A stretch of 64,000 nt of DNA, taken from NCBI GenBank assembly GCA_040954595.2, contig JBECUI020000025.1:62001-126000 (forward strand), given 5' to 3'. This stretch comes from Balanoglossus misakiensis. Lineage: Eukaryota > Animalia > Hemichordata. The notes beneath the pieces were generated by a model, which did not search any database, was not told where the DNA came from, and was given only the letters and a program-made list of their open reading frames with translations. Below are positions 63,301 through 64,000 of the stretch, one piece after another. Positions within the stretch are counted from its first letter, which is position 1. The number at the start of each line of letters is the position of its first letter. The position numbers were made by a program, and so were the translations under genes.

Positions 63301-63817
63301 ACAAGGTGTGCCGCATGAGTACTTGCTTGTACCATCGCAAAATGATAAGTACATACAAATGAACGGACAGTACGTCTTCGTTGAAGCTATAAAGAATATG
63401 ATAAAGGTCCTTACGCAAGCATGTGAAAAGGCGAAAATTCGTACTGACCAACTTGATTTATTGGTGCCACATCAAGCAAATCAGAGAATACTTGATATGA
63501 TTGCCCAAAAACTCAGGGTAGCAAAAGAACGAGTATTTACCAATATTAAAAACCTCGGAAATACATCGTCTAGCACCATTCCTCTCTGTTTGGAAACATT
63601 GCTTGAACAACAACGCAATAATGAACTATTCGGTCTCGTTGCCTTTGGAGGCGGGTTTACATATGGTGGTGCCGTGCTCAAAATGACAAAACCACGAGCA
63701 ACTATAGCAGAGAAGATACGGGATGCGGCGAAACAAATACAAACCAAAAAATTTGTTCAAACTGCCTTGAAACGTACGAGAGATACCATAGAAAAAATTA
63801 AACACGATAAAAAATAA
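60307..63817 (+). CDS. Fused 2-oxoacid dehydrogenase E1alpha-E1beta / lipoyl domain / FabH (KAS III), reconstructed across -1 frameshifts near 61900 and 62700 (alternative start 60334)
   Basis: HYRD, GDGTTQEG..DN (ThDP), HSHTNAD; GEDI, PLSE, QFADF, GPFH; ELEADKA (lipoyl-Lys); RTGIETRR, AACSG, PHQAN, GNTSS, FGGG. Confidence 0.85.
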
Positions 63818-64000
63818 ATGCGCCCGGAAGGGAAGGGGTACCCATAGGCGCATAAGTAGGCTTACTGAATGACTAACCAGAAATACACTATGCACATTAA
63901 TTAGTCATGCATAATATATATACAATACTCAATGAAAAAGGTTACGAGAATTAGCTTCTTTTGGACTTAAATTGTAAATCAATTGAGTTCATGCAACAAC

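Noticed and set aside
63818-63866. ATGCGCC...GGCGCAT inverted repeat after the FabH stop
   Set aside because: 7-bp stem with a 22-nt loop and no U-tail; matches no RNA family I recognise.

Overview
Gene-dense, roughly 42% GC (estimated by eye) chromosomal window from a spirochaete (Spirochaetales-like). The assignment rests on the Borrelia-type gene orders alaS-fliG and rrp2-hk2-holB-like-cvpA-murG, a stand-alone groES and a short AlaRS. Most of it is housekeeping: dnaE, recG, glpK, his genes, ppdK, asd/lysC, pstSCAB-phoU, uvrB, htrA, rel, bioYMN, serS, acnA and one tRNA-Phe. A mosaic accessory patch at about 34-39.6 kb holds gene fragments, a heptad-repeat PD-(D/E)XK protein, a GC-rich gdhA and tandem secreted paralogues. 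About 15 single-base frameshifts occur from 24 kb onward (dinG, asd, rel, tpx, proC, acnA, last gene), mostly in short homopolymers, and are probably long-read errors. Highlights: (1) a reconstructed ~1,160-aa 2-oxoacid dehydrogenase E1alpha-E1beta-lipoyl-FabH (KAS III) fusion with no E2 catalytic core, suggesting CoA-independent priming of fatty-acid synthesis, with an in-frame A_AAA_AAG heptamer at the lipoyl/FabH junction; (2) a Borrelia-like Hk2/Rrp2-sigma54-RpoS cascade with a consensus -24/-12 promoter and two phased enhancer-like dyads; (3) an in-frame HisZ-HisG fusion; (4) many apparently leaderless promoters. No CRISPR array, rRNA or intact transposase was seen.
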